Part shown: positions 15,692-24,564 of the stretch, one piece after another
Layout of the letters: the number at the start of each line of letters is the position of its first letter
How positions within the stretch are numbered: position 1 is the stretch's first letter
Source: an uncultured Hyphomicrobiales bacterium
GTDB lineage: Bacteria; Pseudomonadota; Alphaproteobacteria; Rhizobiales; JAJFHR01
Assembly: GCA_964625235.1 (NCBI GenBank)
Contig: CAZVAZ010000001.1
Coordinates: 857-64,856 of the forward strand
Length of the DNA: 64,000 nucleotides
Direction: 5' to 3'
Made by a program: the position numbers and the translations under genes
The notes under the pieces: model-generated
What the model saw: the letters and a program-made list of their open reading frames with translations, nothing else
Database searches by the model: none
What the model was told of the DNA's origin: nothing

Positions 15692-18367
15692 TTACACCCC
15701 GATATCGCGCGGTGCAAAAGACATGGACCGGAACGTGTTCTTGTAAGGGGATATGCCGATTTTCTTGATCCTGGCAACGCCCATCTTGAAGTTGTAATTA
15801 CCACTCATCCAGTCAACAACGCGGCCTTCCAGTGCATTTGCAGGCTGTGATGTGTGAAGGAAATCCATATAAAGAACTCCTTTCTTTACCGCCCGGGTGA
15901 CCATGGCTACAGCGGTAACGGCTGCTTCACTGAACTCCACGTTGCCATTTTTCAACTGGCCGGAGAATTTATAATCGTCGCCTTCCACGCCAAGGACTGT
16001 TTCCTTCAGTGAGGGCACACGATCAGAGTAGATCATAACCATATCACCGCTTTCAATGCCACGGGCTTTGGCATCTTCGGTGTTGATTTCAACCCAGTTT
16101 TCAGGCCAGCGCTGCACGATATAGGGGCGACGGCGATCATCAAAACCTGACTGCCAGCGTTCATTTGAACGACCCGATGTGCACCACAATTCGTCATCCT
16201 TGGGTTTCATCCATTCCCAGTAATCCGAAAACCAGGACCATTGCGCCTTTTCAAGATTGCAACGCCCGGTCTGGGAGTTGAAGTGTGTGGTCTTCTTGTT
16301 GACCATGTTGGCTCCGGCAGGGCCGGTTGGCGACAATTTGCGTTGCGTATCGTGCAGTCGTTTTGTGCCAACCAGAGTGCCATCATCCAACATTGACACC
16401 GGGCCCTGAATACCATTGGTGCCAAATTCCCTGAGTTTTTGATGCAGGGTTTTGCCTTCACGTTTGGCTGCCACGTTGATCATGTTGTAATCTTTACGGC
16501 TGCCGCGTGAAAACCGTGCGGTTTCTTCCGCAACTTCGTTGGAGTTTTTCCAGTCAAAGCCTTTAAAGCCCATGCGGGTGGCCAGTTGAGCAATGATCCA
16601 CCAATCCGGTTTTGATTCACCCGGCGGATCATAGAACTTCTGGTACAGCCGCATGCGGCGCTCACCATTGGCGCGCATAAAGTCCTCTTCACCCCAGGTT
16701 GCAGCCGGGAAGATAATGTCCGCAAACTGGTTGCCAATCGGATCGACCAGATAGATGTCCTGGTTAATGATCACCATGCCGCCTGAATCCGCCCGTTTTT
16801 TCAGGGTTTCGATAATCCTCTCTTTATTGAGGGAGCGCACCTGATGAGGATTACCGTTGGTGAGTTCTTGAAACTTGGCGGCCAGCAGGAATGATCCACA
16901 CATGGACTGGATCCAGGTGGTTCCGATGACATGAGCCATGCGGGTGTGACCGGCCATGGTCCAGGTATCGGTGTCAAGTGCCCGACGGCGACGTCCGGGC
17001 AGTTTCATCGGCGATTTGTTGCGTGGATACTTGCCACCTCTGACGCCGCCACGCTGATGCCCGCCGCCGCGACCGATCATCTGGCCAGGTCTGCCGCCGG
17101 CACCGACGATGATGCCCAGAGCAGAGATGGCGACGGTATTACCGGTATTATTTGACCAGTAAAAACCCTTTTCGATCATGATGGATGTTTTCGGGCGCTT
17201 GCCTTTGACAGGTTTTGCCATCATTTCAGCGGCAAGCTGAATTTTCTTTGCATCAATACCCGAAATTTTCGACGCATTTTCCAGCGTGTAATCATCTTGT
17301 GACAACAGCCATTCTTTCCAGTCATCAAAGCCATCGGTCTGGAACTGGCCCCAGGTGGTGCGCCATTGCCACGGCGTGTTACGCGTGCCCTGGCCAAATC
17401 CTGAAGATGATCCCCACTTGTCGTTGACCCAGTTTTTTATCCATTCCTTGTCCTGCCAGCCGTTTTCTACGATGATACGGGCAATTGCATTGACCACAAG
17501 AAGGTCGGTGCCCGGAGTTACATCAAGCCACAGGCCACCATTTTGCTCTATATAGGCGACACCAGCAGTGCGGCGTGGGACCATCATGATGGTTTTCTGT
17601 CCGTTTTGAATGCCTTTCATAATCCACTGGGTGAACAGGATTGTTTTGGTTTCATAAGGATCGGTTCCGCAGATAAACAGTGTTTCTGCATCGCGCCAGT
17701 CTTCATAAGAAGGTGCAAAGTTGTCAAAACCTGCGTTGCGGAAGCCCGGCGTTGAAGATACGTCCGAAGGAGTGTCATGAAAGGTGAAGTTCGCCGTGTT
17801 AATGGATCCGAGCGCGAATTTAGTGATCGCGTAGGTGTTTTCTATAAATTGATAGGAATATGTTTTGACGCCGTAGGCCAAAGGTCCGTGTTTTTCGATC
17901 ACATGTTTGGCAACAGCGGCGGCCACATCAAGAGCCAGATCCCAGGTCACCGGTTGAAGAATGCCGTGAATACGCATTAACGGTGTGGTCAGGCGATCAC
18001 GGGTGGGCGTTTGGGGATTGTAACATTTTTGTGCGATACAGCCACCGCGAAGCGATGAATCACCGTCCGTATTAACCGCTTCAGTGTCCTTGTCAGGCAG
18101 GATTACCACATGGTGGGGTTCATCTTCGTGAAGCACGATATTATGCTGGTTGGGGGCAACCCAGGGCCCGAGCACTTCCACGGGGAAATCGACACCAAAG
18201 GCATTCTCTGAAGCTTTGGCCCCCCCCCGCCTGCCGCCTTTTACCGGCCAGCGATAAACCTTGTAACCGCAGGCGACGACGCAATAATCGCACGCTGTTG
18301 AAATGACATCCGCATCCTTGGGGGGCAGGGGTACATCTGTTTCTGGAATATAATAAGGTGTTGACAT
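15692..18367 (-). CDS. idrA: AioA/IdrA-family molybdopterin oxidoreductase large subunit (putative iodate reductase catalytic subunit)
   Basis: N-terminal 3Fe-4S-type motif CDYCVVACGYKVYRW (C-x2-C-x3-C) followed by ENAFGVDFP. Collinear with arsenite-oxidase-type large subunits through to the C-terminus. GRGGGHQRGG segment. The Idr call rests on the Rieske partner and two peroxidases directly upstream. Confidence 0.7.
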   Translation of the reverse strand: MSTPYYIPETDVPLPPKDADVISTACDYCVVACGYKVYRWPVKGGRRGGAKASENAFGVDFPVEVLGPWVAPNQHNIVLHEDEPHHVVILPDKDTEAVNTDGDSSLRGGCIAQKCYNPQTPTRDRLTTPLMRIHGILQPVTWDLALDVAAAVAKHVIEKHGPLAYGVKTYSYQFIENTYAITKFALGSINTANFTFHDTPSDVSSTPGFRNAGFDNFAPSYEDWRDAETLFICGTDPYETKTILFTQWIMKGIQNGQKTIMMVPRRTAGVAYIEQNGGLWLDVTPGTDLLVVNAIARIIVENGWQDKEWIKNWVNDKWGSSSGFGQGTRNTPWQWRTTWGQFQTDGFDDWKEWLLSQDDYTLENASKISGIDAKKIQLAAEMMAKPVKGKRPKTSIMIEKGFYWSNNTGNTVAISALGIIVGAGGRPGQMIGRGGGHQRGGVRGGKYPRNKSPMKLPGRRRRALDTDTWTMAGHTRMAHVIGTTWIQSMCGSFLLAAKFQELTNGNPHQVRSLNKERIIETLKKRADSGGMVIINQDIYLVDPIGNQFADIIFPAATWGEEDFMRANGERRMRLYQKFYDPPGESKPDWWIIAQLATRMGFKGFDWKNSNEVAEETARFSRGSRKDYNMINVAAKREGKTLHQKLREFGTNGIQGPVSMLDDGTLVGTKRLHDTQRKLSPTGPAGANMVNKKTTHFNSQTGRCNLEKAQWSWFSDYWEWMKPKDDELWCTSGRSNERWQSGFDDRRRPYIVQRWPENWVEINTEDAKARGIESGDMVMIYSDRVPSLKETVLGVEGDDYKFSGQLKNGNVEFSEAAVTAVAMVTRAVKKGVLYMDFLHTSQPANALEGRVVDWMSGNYNFKMGVARIKKIGISPYKNTFRSMSFAPRDIGV

Positions 18368-18384
18368 AACTCTCTTCTCCCGAA

Positions 18385-18969
18385 TTAGCTGTGCAGATTG
18401 TTTTCGCGACCAAAAATAAGTCCGAAAATGCCGGTGGCATAAACACTGTCACCTTCGATTTCGAGCAAAATTTGCGGCAGACTCTGGTAAGCCTGACCCG
18501 AGATCAAAATGCCGTGGCGGGTGAGGTCATAAGTTGAAAGATGAAGCGGACAGGCTCCAAGTGATTTGGTTTCAGCCTTGTAACTTCCCTCCAGTGTGCT
18601 GCCCTGGTGGGTGCAGGCATAATTGTATGCGACAATATCCTGGTCCTTACCTAAACCGCCGCCGGCTTTAACGCCGAGCTTTACCACCATGTTCTCAGAA
18701 TAGGCGCCCTCATCAGGGTAGTTGAAGTCAAACGGTTCATCCTGCTTCAGTTCAGATAATTTACAGATATACTTACGCGGGTAATTGGTGATCTGGGCGG
18801 GCACACTTTTCGCCTCGGCAGTCCCAGCGTTCAAGGTTATCATCACGGTGGCGGTTGTCGCCCCCGTACCAATTAGAAAGTTGCGGCGTGAAACCAGACA
18901 CTTGTGACCGATTTGTTTTGCCAATTTCTTTCTTGACGAGATGTTTTCATAGACAGTTGTTTTGGCCAT
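18385..18969 (-). CDS. idrB: AioB/IdrB-family Rieske [2Fe-2S] small subunit with Tat signal
   Basis: Twin-arginine signal SRRNFLIGTGATTATV. Rieske ligand motifs CTHQG and CPLH. AioB-like C-terminus GLIFGRENNL. Confidence 0.75.
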   Translation of the reverse strand: MAKTTVYENISSRKKLAKQIGHKCLVSRRNFLIGTGATTATVMITLNAGTAEAKSVPAQITNYPRKYICKLSELKQDEPFDFNYPDEGAYSENMVVKLGVKAGGGLGKDQDIVAYNYACTHQGSTLEGSYKAETKSLGACPLHLSTYDLTRHGILISGQAYQSLPQILLEIEGDSVYATGIFGLIFGRENNLHS

Positions 18970-18981
18970 TTTGGGTCCCCT

Positions 18982-20136
18982 TTAATTTTTTGCCGGATTG
19001 GGCAATGGCGCATATGGTGGAAGTTTTGGTGGTTCGATTACCAGTTCCTCCCCGCTGAAGGCATCAAGGAAAGCCACCAGATCTTCGACTTCTTTTTCAG
19101 ACAGTCCCAGCGGCTTGACTAAAGGCGATTTGCTTTTCGCCATGGTGCCATCGGTAAAATCATTTTCGCCGCCACCCTGGTTGTAAAATTCAACAACCTC
19201 GGTCAGATCCCAGAACGCACCATTGTGCATATAAGGAGCGGTGTACTTGAGATAACGCAGAGGGGCGGTCCTGAACTTGCCCATGTCGACCTTTTGCTTG
19301 GTGCGGTAATAGAGACCTGCATCGTCTTTTATTTTACGATACATTTCCTGCGTCACGCCTTTGGCATATTGCTCATAGCGGAAGGTGATTTGGGCCAGGC
19401 CGTCTTCTTCCCACCGTTCGGAAGGAGGTACACCCAGGTTATAATATTTCTGGTCGGTGGCAAGAGCGCCATTATGGCAGGCAATACAACCAGCCTTGCC
19501 ATTAAACAGCTCCATGCCGCGTACCTGCTGAGTGCTGAGGGCTTTTTTGTCACCACGCAAATATTTATCCAATGGTGTATTGTTGTGGATCATCGTGCGT
19601 TCGAACGATGCAATGGCCTTCCAGGCATCTGAAATCAACGGCCATTCAGTGCCAAATGCTTCTTTGAAAAGTTTGCGGTATTCCGGGATGAAAGCCAGTC
19701 GTGCTTCCATCACATCATTTTCACCATTGCCGGCAACGGCCCCTTTGGCGGCACTTGGAGCCTGCTTTTCCAAAGACGAGGCTGCACCGACCCAGAACAG
19801 TTTCAACAGGTAAGCAGAGTTTACCACCGTTTGACTGTTGCGCCAGTGAACTGTGCCGGGATAACCGCGTGACAATGCATCACCAAACCCCCAACCCTGA
19901 TCGGGCTCGTGACAGGTAACACAGCCGGTGGATGCATCACCACCAAGCCGGGGGTCCCAGAATAACATCTTGCCAAGCTTGATTTTAACTTCCGACTGCT
20001 TGTTATCCAGTGGGATGGGAGGATCTCCCAGAGGTGCTAAAGGTGGCACGTCTGATCCCGCATATGCCATGCCAGCAGTGATGGCAGTGATGAGCGCTCC
20101 AGCAAGGAGACCCGATATTTTCTTTGTATATTTCAT
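18982..20136 (-). CDS. Dihaem cytochrome c peroxidase (CCP/MauG family), IdrP-like
   Basis: Signal peptide. Two haem c motifs (CVTCHEPDQGW and CIACHNGA). FRTAPLRYLKYTAPYMHNG family motif. Confidence 0.85.
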   Translation of the reverse strand: MKYTKKISGLLAGALITAITAGMAYAGSDVPPLAPLGDPPIPLDNKQSEVKIKLGKMLFWDPRLGGDASTGCVTCHEPDQGWGFGDALSRGYPGTVHWRNSQTVVNSAYLLKLFWVGAASSLEKQAPSAAKGAVAGNGENDVMEARLAFIPEYRKLFKEAFGTEWPLISDAWKAIASFERTMIHNNTPLDKYLRGDKKALSTQQVRGMELFNGKAGCIACHNGALATDQKYYNLGVPPSERWEEDGLAQITFRYEQYAKGVTQEMYRKIKDDAGLYYRTKQKVDMGKFRTAPLRYLKYTAPYMHNGAFWDLTEVVEFYNQGGGENDFTDGTMAKSKSPLVKPLGLSEKEVEDLVAFLDAFSGEELVIEPPKLPPYAPLPNPAKN

Positions 20137-20154
20137 CGAATTATCTCCCTTGAT

Positions 20155-21276
20155 CTAGTTTTTTACAGCGCGCCAGTTTTTAATGGCGGTATAATTGGTG
20201 GGGATTTTTTTCTTCCAGACAAATTCCTTGGTGTTCAGTGGATCGCCTGTCAGAGCCTCCAGGAAGTCAACAAGATCCTGTTGCTCAACGAATGTCAGTT
20301 TGAGCGGCTTTAAATCCGGGTTTTTGTTTTTGTCTTCACCGCCACCTTGATTGTAAAAAGCAACCACTTCAAATAGCGATTTAAACATGCCGTTGTGCAT
20401 ATAAGGTGCTGTGAATTTCAATTCGCGCAAAGTCGGTGTAACGAACTTTCCAACATTGGAGCCATCGACTTTGGGGTTGATAATACCTGCACCGACGTCA
20501 CGGCGGATATTCATGATATTTTCAATGCCCATAAATGTGCCAAAGGCTACATAAGTCATATGACGCATTGGATCAGACCAGATTTCCGGATTTTCCGGAA
20601 CACCCAGATTATATGCTTTGTCGTTGGTGAAATTTGCCCCGCTATGGCAGGCGGCACATTGAGCTTTGCCTTTAAACAAGTCATATCCGCGTTTGGCCGA
20701 TGCTGTCATGGACCCTTTGTCAAAGGGGGAGTTGCGCGAAGTCAGTGTTTTCAAATACTCAGGTATGGCTTTTCGGACCGCACCGTTGGAAGGCTCGCCA
20801 TAGCCAGCATCTTTAAACATCTTTACATATACAGGGTCCTGCTTGAGGCGCTCCTGCATCAGGCGCATGTCCATGTTCATGATGTAATCTTCAGTGATCA
20901 TCTCGCGTGTGACATCATTCAGATTGGTGCCAATGCGACCGTCAAGGAACCAGTTTTTACGGACTGCGGTATTTATCAAGGTAGGTGTGTTGCGAAACCC
21001 TTTTGAACCCGGATAGGCTTTGGACAAAGCCAGACCGTCGCTGAAGCCTTTGTCAGGCTGGTGGCAGGTGGCACAACTGATTGCGGCATCGCCGGACAGC
21101 CTTGGGTCAAAAAATAAACGTTTGCCCAGTTCGGCTTTTTTGGCATCGACCTTGATCTGTTTTATTGGCCCCTGACCGTCCTGGCCAGCAATTACGGTAC
21201 CCGATAAAACAAAAAAACCAATCAGCCCCACGGACAGCGCCAGCATACATTGTGTTTTGCTACCGAACGTCTTCAT
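20155..21276 (-). CDS. Dihaem cytochrome c peroxidase (CCP/MauG family), IdrP-like paralog
   Basis: CATCHQPDKGF and CAACHSG haem motifs, plus FVTPTLRELKFTAPYMHNG. ATG 21276 has the SD AAGGGAG and begins a signal peptide (MKTFGSKTQCMLALSVGLIGFF). The track start 21378 lies inside the FNR box. Confidence 0.85.
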   Translation of the reverse strand: MKTFGSKTQCMLALSVGLIGFFVLSGTVIAGQDGQGPIKQIKVDAKKAELGKRLFFDPRLSGDAAISCATCHQPDKGFSDGLALSKAYPGSKGFRNTPTLINTAVRKNWFLDGRIGTNLNDVTREMITEDYIMNMDMRLMQERLKQDPVYVKMFKDAGYGEPSNGAVRKAIPEYLKTLTSRNSPFDKGSMTASAKRGYDLFKGKAQCAACHSGANFTNDKAYNLGVPENPEIWSDPMRHMTYVAFGTFMGIENIMNIRRDVGAGIINPKVDGSNVGKFVTPTLRELKFTAPYMHNGMFKSLFEVVAFYNQGGGEDKNKNPDLKPLKLTFVEQQDLVDFLEALTGDPLNTKEFVWKKKIPTNYTAIKNWRAVKN

Positions 21277-21364
21277 GGCGTTACTCCCTTTTATTCCTGG
21301 TGAGTCGACGAGACCTCGTCCACAAATGCTGCGGTACTGTCGCTGGCAATGCGATATGTGGTCA

Positions 21365-21378
21365 TTGACGAATGTCAA
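21365..21378. promoter_or_regulatory. FNR-type box TTGACGAATGTCAA upstream of the peroxidase/Rieske/molybdoenzyme operon
   Basis: TTGAC-N4-GTCAA, centred about 95 nt upstream of ATG 21276. Confidence 0.55.
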
Positions 21379-21460
21379 GAGTGCGAGTGTAAACGTGCGT
21401 TTAAGTGAAAAAAATCAGGGGATTTTGTCTTTTTTCCAAAATTCCGAACAGCCTTATAGG

Positions 21461-23728
21461 CTATGCAGAAAATTTGCGCCGCTGCAACCGCACCAACCCC
21501 AGGAACAACAGGCCGGCAAACAGACCTGTTCCGGCTGGAACAGCGAAAAGGGTTAACCTGTCTTCGCGTGCGCCCAGCTTCAGCCAGTACCATGAGGTAA
21601 GAGAATGGCGGCCACCTTTTTCACCTGCAAGCCCATCCCAGTTGGCAAAGGAAATCGGTATGTATTTTTCTTCCTCAAATTGTAAATCCAGCGCATTGTC
21701 CGTAACCAGACTGCGGTTGAAAACAACCCGCCACTGTCCATTTTTCCAAACGCCTTTTGCTGCAAGTACACCTGCGGCATTACGTGGGGTGGGGGGAAGA
21801 TCGGGCCCGTTTGCATCCAGCAATATGGTGCGCGCATCGTCTTTGGGTTCAACACTCGGTGCCTGCCAGTACCACATGTTAACAGCACGTTTTTTATCGC
21901 CGTGACGAAATCCGGGCTTTTCGGTTGTAACAGGAATTATTCGCGGCAACTGAATAGCAATTGCATCGCGGGATGGCTTTACACCAGCCAGTCTGTATTG
22001 TTTCTCCAGCTTGTCTCCCGGCACCGAATAGGTGCGGTCATCCACATCAACGCGTATGGCCAGATTCTTGTCATTGAAGAGAACGCGGATTGTGACCTGG
22101 TCGTTCAGGGAAAAGAATAATCGCGGCTCCTTGATAATGTTCGGCGCCATGGCAAATGTCATCGGCGATGCTTTATCCCATTCAGGATCGCCTGGTTCTG
22201 TTGGAAGCTCACCATCCACGCGCAGGGCATTGATAACTGTTTCGCCCTGAGACAGCTGAACGGCGGTGTTTCTTAACGACATAACATAATTGGAAATGTT
22301 CCAACGATCATCTGTTGACATAGCGGTTGTATGCTCAGGCATTGGAGTGGAGCGAATACCCGTTGAGATACGTTCAAACACATCTTTCACCGTTTTGGTG
22401 AAGCGCCAGGTCTCCGGTCGTGTCAGGTTGCGTGGCCAAATGCGGTCTTGCCAATCATCTTTCAGTTTTTTGCCGGAGGTAATATTACCACGCCCGGACA
22501 GCCCGTGACATTGTGCGCAGGATTTCACAAACAATTTCCAGCCTTTGGCGATTGACACAGGCGAGGTTTTTACCTGTTGGCCAGGATCAATGGGTATGTT
22601 CTCAAGCTCTTCTTCATCCCACTCACCAAACTTCTTGATTTTCAATATCAGACCGTCCACTTCGCGTGGAGTGAGAAAGGATTTCCATGGTGGCATGGAT
22701 GTACCCGGCAGACCTTGCAGAATAATCTTGCGCAGATCGTCGTCATAGGGAAATTCATTATCTGCACTGGTTGTCTTGTATTTGAATGAGCCCAGGGTGA
22801 AGTCGCGCGGTTTGGGGTAGAGAAATTCAGCCGCCGGGCCTGCACCATCACCTTCCACACCATGACACTGGGCACAGCGTTTGGCGTAAACAGTCCCGAT
22901 TGAAGCTTCCTCAGTTTCTGTATTCTTTAAGGAAGCAGCAGTCTCTGCTGTCTTGTCCTGGGGCTTTTCAAGTTCCCATGATCGCGGTGCATAGCCGGTG
23001 TAATCATAAAGGAATGTGATGAGTTTCCAGATATCATCTTCCTTCAACGTCTCTTTCCAGGCTGGCATGGCAGATGCCCACGGCGTACCTTCGCGCGGCA
23101 GACCGGGGCCGCCGGTGGTTATGCGCCAGAACAGGTATGATTCCTGCAATTGCGCAATAGTGCCAACATCCTGAAAATTAATCGGCCGGGGGTTGAATGC
23201 CGGAGCAAAAATCCCGGCACCATCAAGCGTGTCACCGTGGCAAAATAAACAATTCCTGTAGTAAAGTTTGCTGCCTTCTTCCACCGCTTTTAGATAACCT
23301 TCAGAACCTTTTGGATTGGCATCACGGACCGGGTTGGTCAATTTGAGCAGGTTGAAGGTTTTGCCATAGACCTTGAGTGATGAAGGTGGTGCGGGGTGCA
23401 CCGTGCGCAGTTCTACCGGCGAGGCCGTTGTTGGCTTTATCTTGCTGTAGGTGACGCCAGCGACGCCACCAACAATCACAATCAGGGCAAACCCGCGGGC
23501 CACGGCCATTTTCGGGCTGCCCAGAAGGGTAGTAATTGGCGCGGCGAACCTTTTGGCGCTAGTATTCTCGAAAGTTGCTACCAGGACAACTGCGACCGCT
23601 ATGATTATCATATACTGAATGACGATCGATTGCGGTAAGGGTGGCGAAATAATTTGTGTGAACAGCACGTAGGCACCGACAAGTGTCAGAATAGACAGAA
23701 ACAGGGGATGTGAAAAAAAACGCTTCAT
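21461..23728 (-). CDS. Membrane-anchored trihaem cytochrome c fused to an EB_dh (ethylbenzene dehydrogenase gamma/DOMON-like) haem-binding domain
   Basis: N-terminal TM helices. Three CxxCH motifs (CLFCH, CAQCH, CAQCH). C-terminal domain has the pattern PEWDKASPM...IRVLFNDKNLAIRVDVDD...DAIAIQL...VNMWYWQA...WKNGQWRVVFNRSL...FANWDG, followed by a terminal TM helix. Confidence 0.75.
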   Translation of the reverse strand: MKRFFSHPLFLSILTLVGAYVLFTQIISPPLPQSIVIQYMIIIAVAVVLVATFENTSAKRFAAPITTLLGSPKMAVARGFALIVIVGGVAGVTYSKIKPTTASPVELRTVHPAPPSSLKVYGKTFNLLKLTNPVRDANPKGSEGYLKAVEEGSKLYYRNCLFCHGDTLDGAGIFAPAFNPRPINFQDVGTIAQLQESYLFWRITTGGPGLPREGTPWASAMPAWKETLKEDDIWKLITFLYDYTGYAPRSWELEKPQDKTAETAASLKNTETEEASIGTVYAKRCAQCHGVEGDGAGPAAEFLYPKPRDFTLGSFKYKTTSADNEFPYDDDLRKIILQGLPGTSMPPWKSFLTPREVDGLILKIKKFGEWDEEELENIPIDPGQQVKTSPVSIAKGWKLFVKSCAQCHGLSGRGNITSGKKLKDDWQDRIWPRNLTRPETWRFTKTVKDVFERISTGIRSTPMPEHTTAMSTDDRWNISNYVMSLRNTAVQLSQGETVINALRVDGELPTEPGDPEWDKASPMTFAMAPNIIKEPRLFFSLNDQVTIRVLFNDKNLAIRVDVDDRTYSVPGDKLEKQYRLAGVKPSRDAIAIQLPRIIPVTTEKPGFRHGDKKRAVNMWYWQAPSVEPKDDARTILLDANGPDLPPTPRNAAGVLAAKGVWKNGQWRVVFNRSLVTDNALDLQFEEEKYIPISFANWDGLAGEKGGRHSLTSWYWLKLGAREDRLTLFAVPAGTGLFAGLLFLGLVRLQRRKFSA

Positions 23729-23730
23729 GG

Positions 23731-24564
23731 TTATTCCGGCAGGTTTTTTATATAATCAATGATCAGGTTCAATTCGCTCACCCGCATCTGCTCGCCAAAG
23801 TCATCCGGCATTATTTCCGCCTCAAAGCCTTCGGTGATTTCTGCATTGGGGTTGATAATTGCTTCGGCAATCTTGGCATCATCCATTTTTTTGGAAAGAC
23901 CATTCAATTTGGGGCCGATATCGGCCTCAGACCCCTCCAGATCATGACAGGCACCGCAACTGAACTTATCCAACGCTGCAACCGCTGTGGTTGCGGGGCC
24001 TTCTTCGTCATCACCGTCTTCACTGCTGGTAACAGGTGTTTCATCCGCACTTGGCAGGGGTACTGTGGGTGTGAGCCCGGCCCTGTCCTGCATAAAAGCG
24101 GTTATTGCATTTATCTCAACAGCGGACAGTGAGATTGGTGGCGAGTCAATTTTTGGCATTTGACTGATCGTATCGCCGGAGCCCTTTTTGCCAAATCCAG
24201 CAACCACATATATCGAAGGATCCAGCATTGATTCATGGAGATACTCGCCAATCGCTTCTGCCCCCTGTTTGGTTTTGGCAGCACCGGTGTAACGCGGATC
24301 AGCAAGGCGCTCGGGGAGAACCCTGGCGAGATCGAGTGCCAGAAGATCAGGAGCGCGAAGCCGCTTGTTGTGACACAGGGTGCAGGTGCCTTTACCGGAA
24401 AACAGTTGTTCCCCAAGCGATACCATGCCCGTCATATTGAGGCTGGCCGTATCAATTTCCTCTTCTGCGGGCGGGTCTCCCTGCACTTGCGGCAATATAT
24501 TGGCAAACCCGGTGTAAATGAGCAGGACAAAGAGCGAAAAACCCATAACGCGAAGGAAGGTCAT
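23731..24564 (-). CDS. Membrane-anchored dihaem cytochrome c
   Basis: N-terminal TM helix. CTLCH and CGACH haem motifs separated by an acidic linker. 4-nt overlap with the CydA-like gene. Confidence 0.8.
   Translation of the reverse strand: MTFLRVMGFSLFVLLIYTGFANILPQVQGDPPAEEEIDTASLNMTGMVSLGEQLFSGKGTCTLCHNKRLRAPDLLALDLARVLPERLADPRYTGAAKTKQGAEAIGEYLHESMLDPSIYVVAGFGKKGSGDTISQMPKIDSPPISLSAVEINAITAFMQDRAGLTPTVPLPSADETPVTSSEDGDDEEGPATTAVAALDKFSCGACHDLEGSEADIGPKLNGLSKKMDDAKIAEAIINPNAEITEGFEAEIMPDDFGEQMRVSELNLIIDYIKNLPE

Noticed and set aside
15692-18969. Reading the Rieske and molybdopterin pair as a conventional arsenite oxidase (aioBA)
   Set aside because: No aioXSR, ars or phosphate/arsenate-related genes are nearby, and two cytochrome c peroxidase genes share the operon under an FNR-type box. 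That context matches idr clusters. Phylogeny is still needed, so the aio reading is deprioritised rather than excluded.
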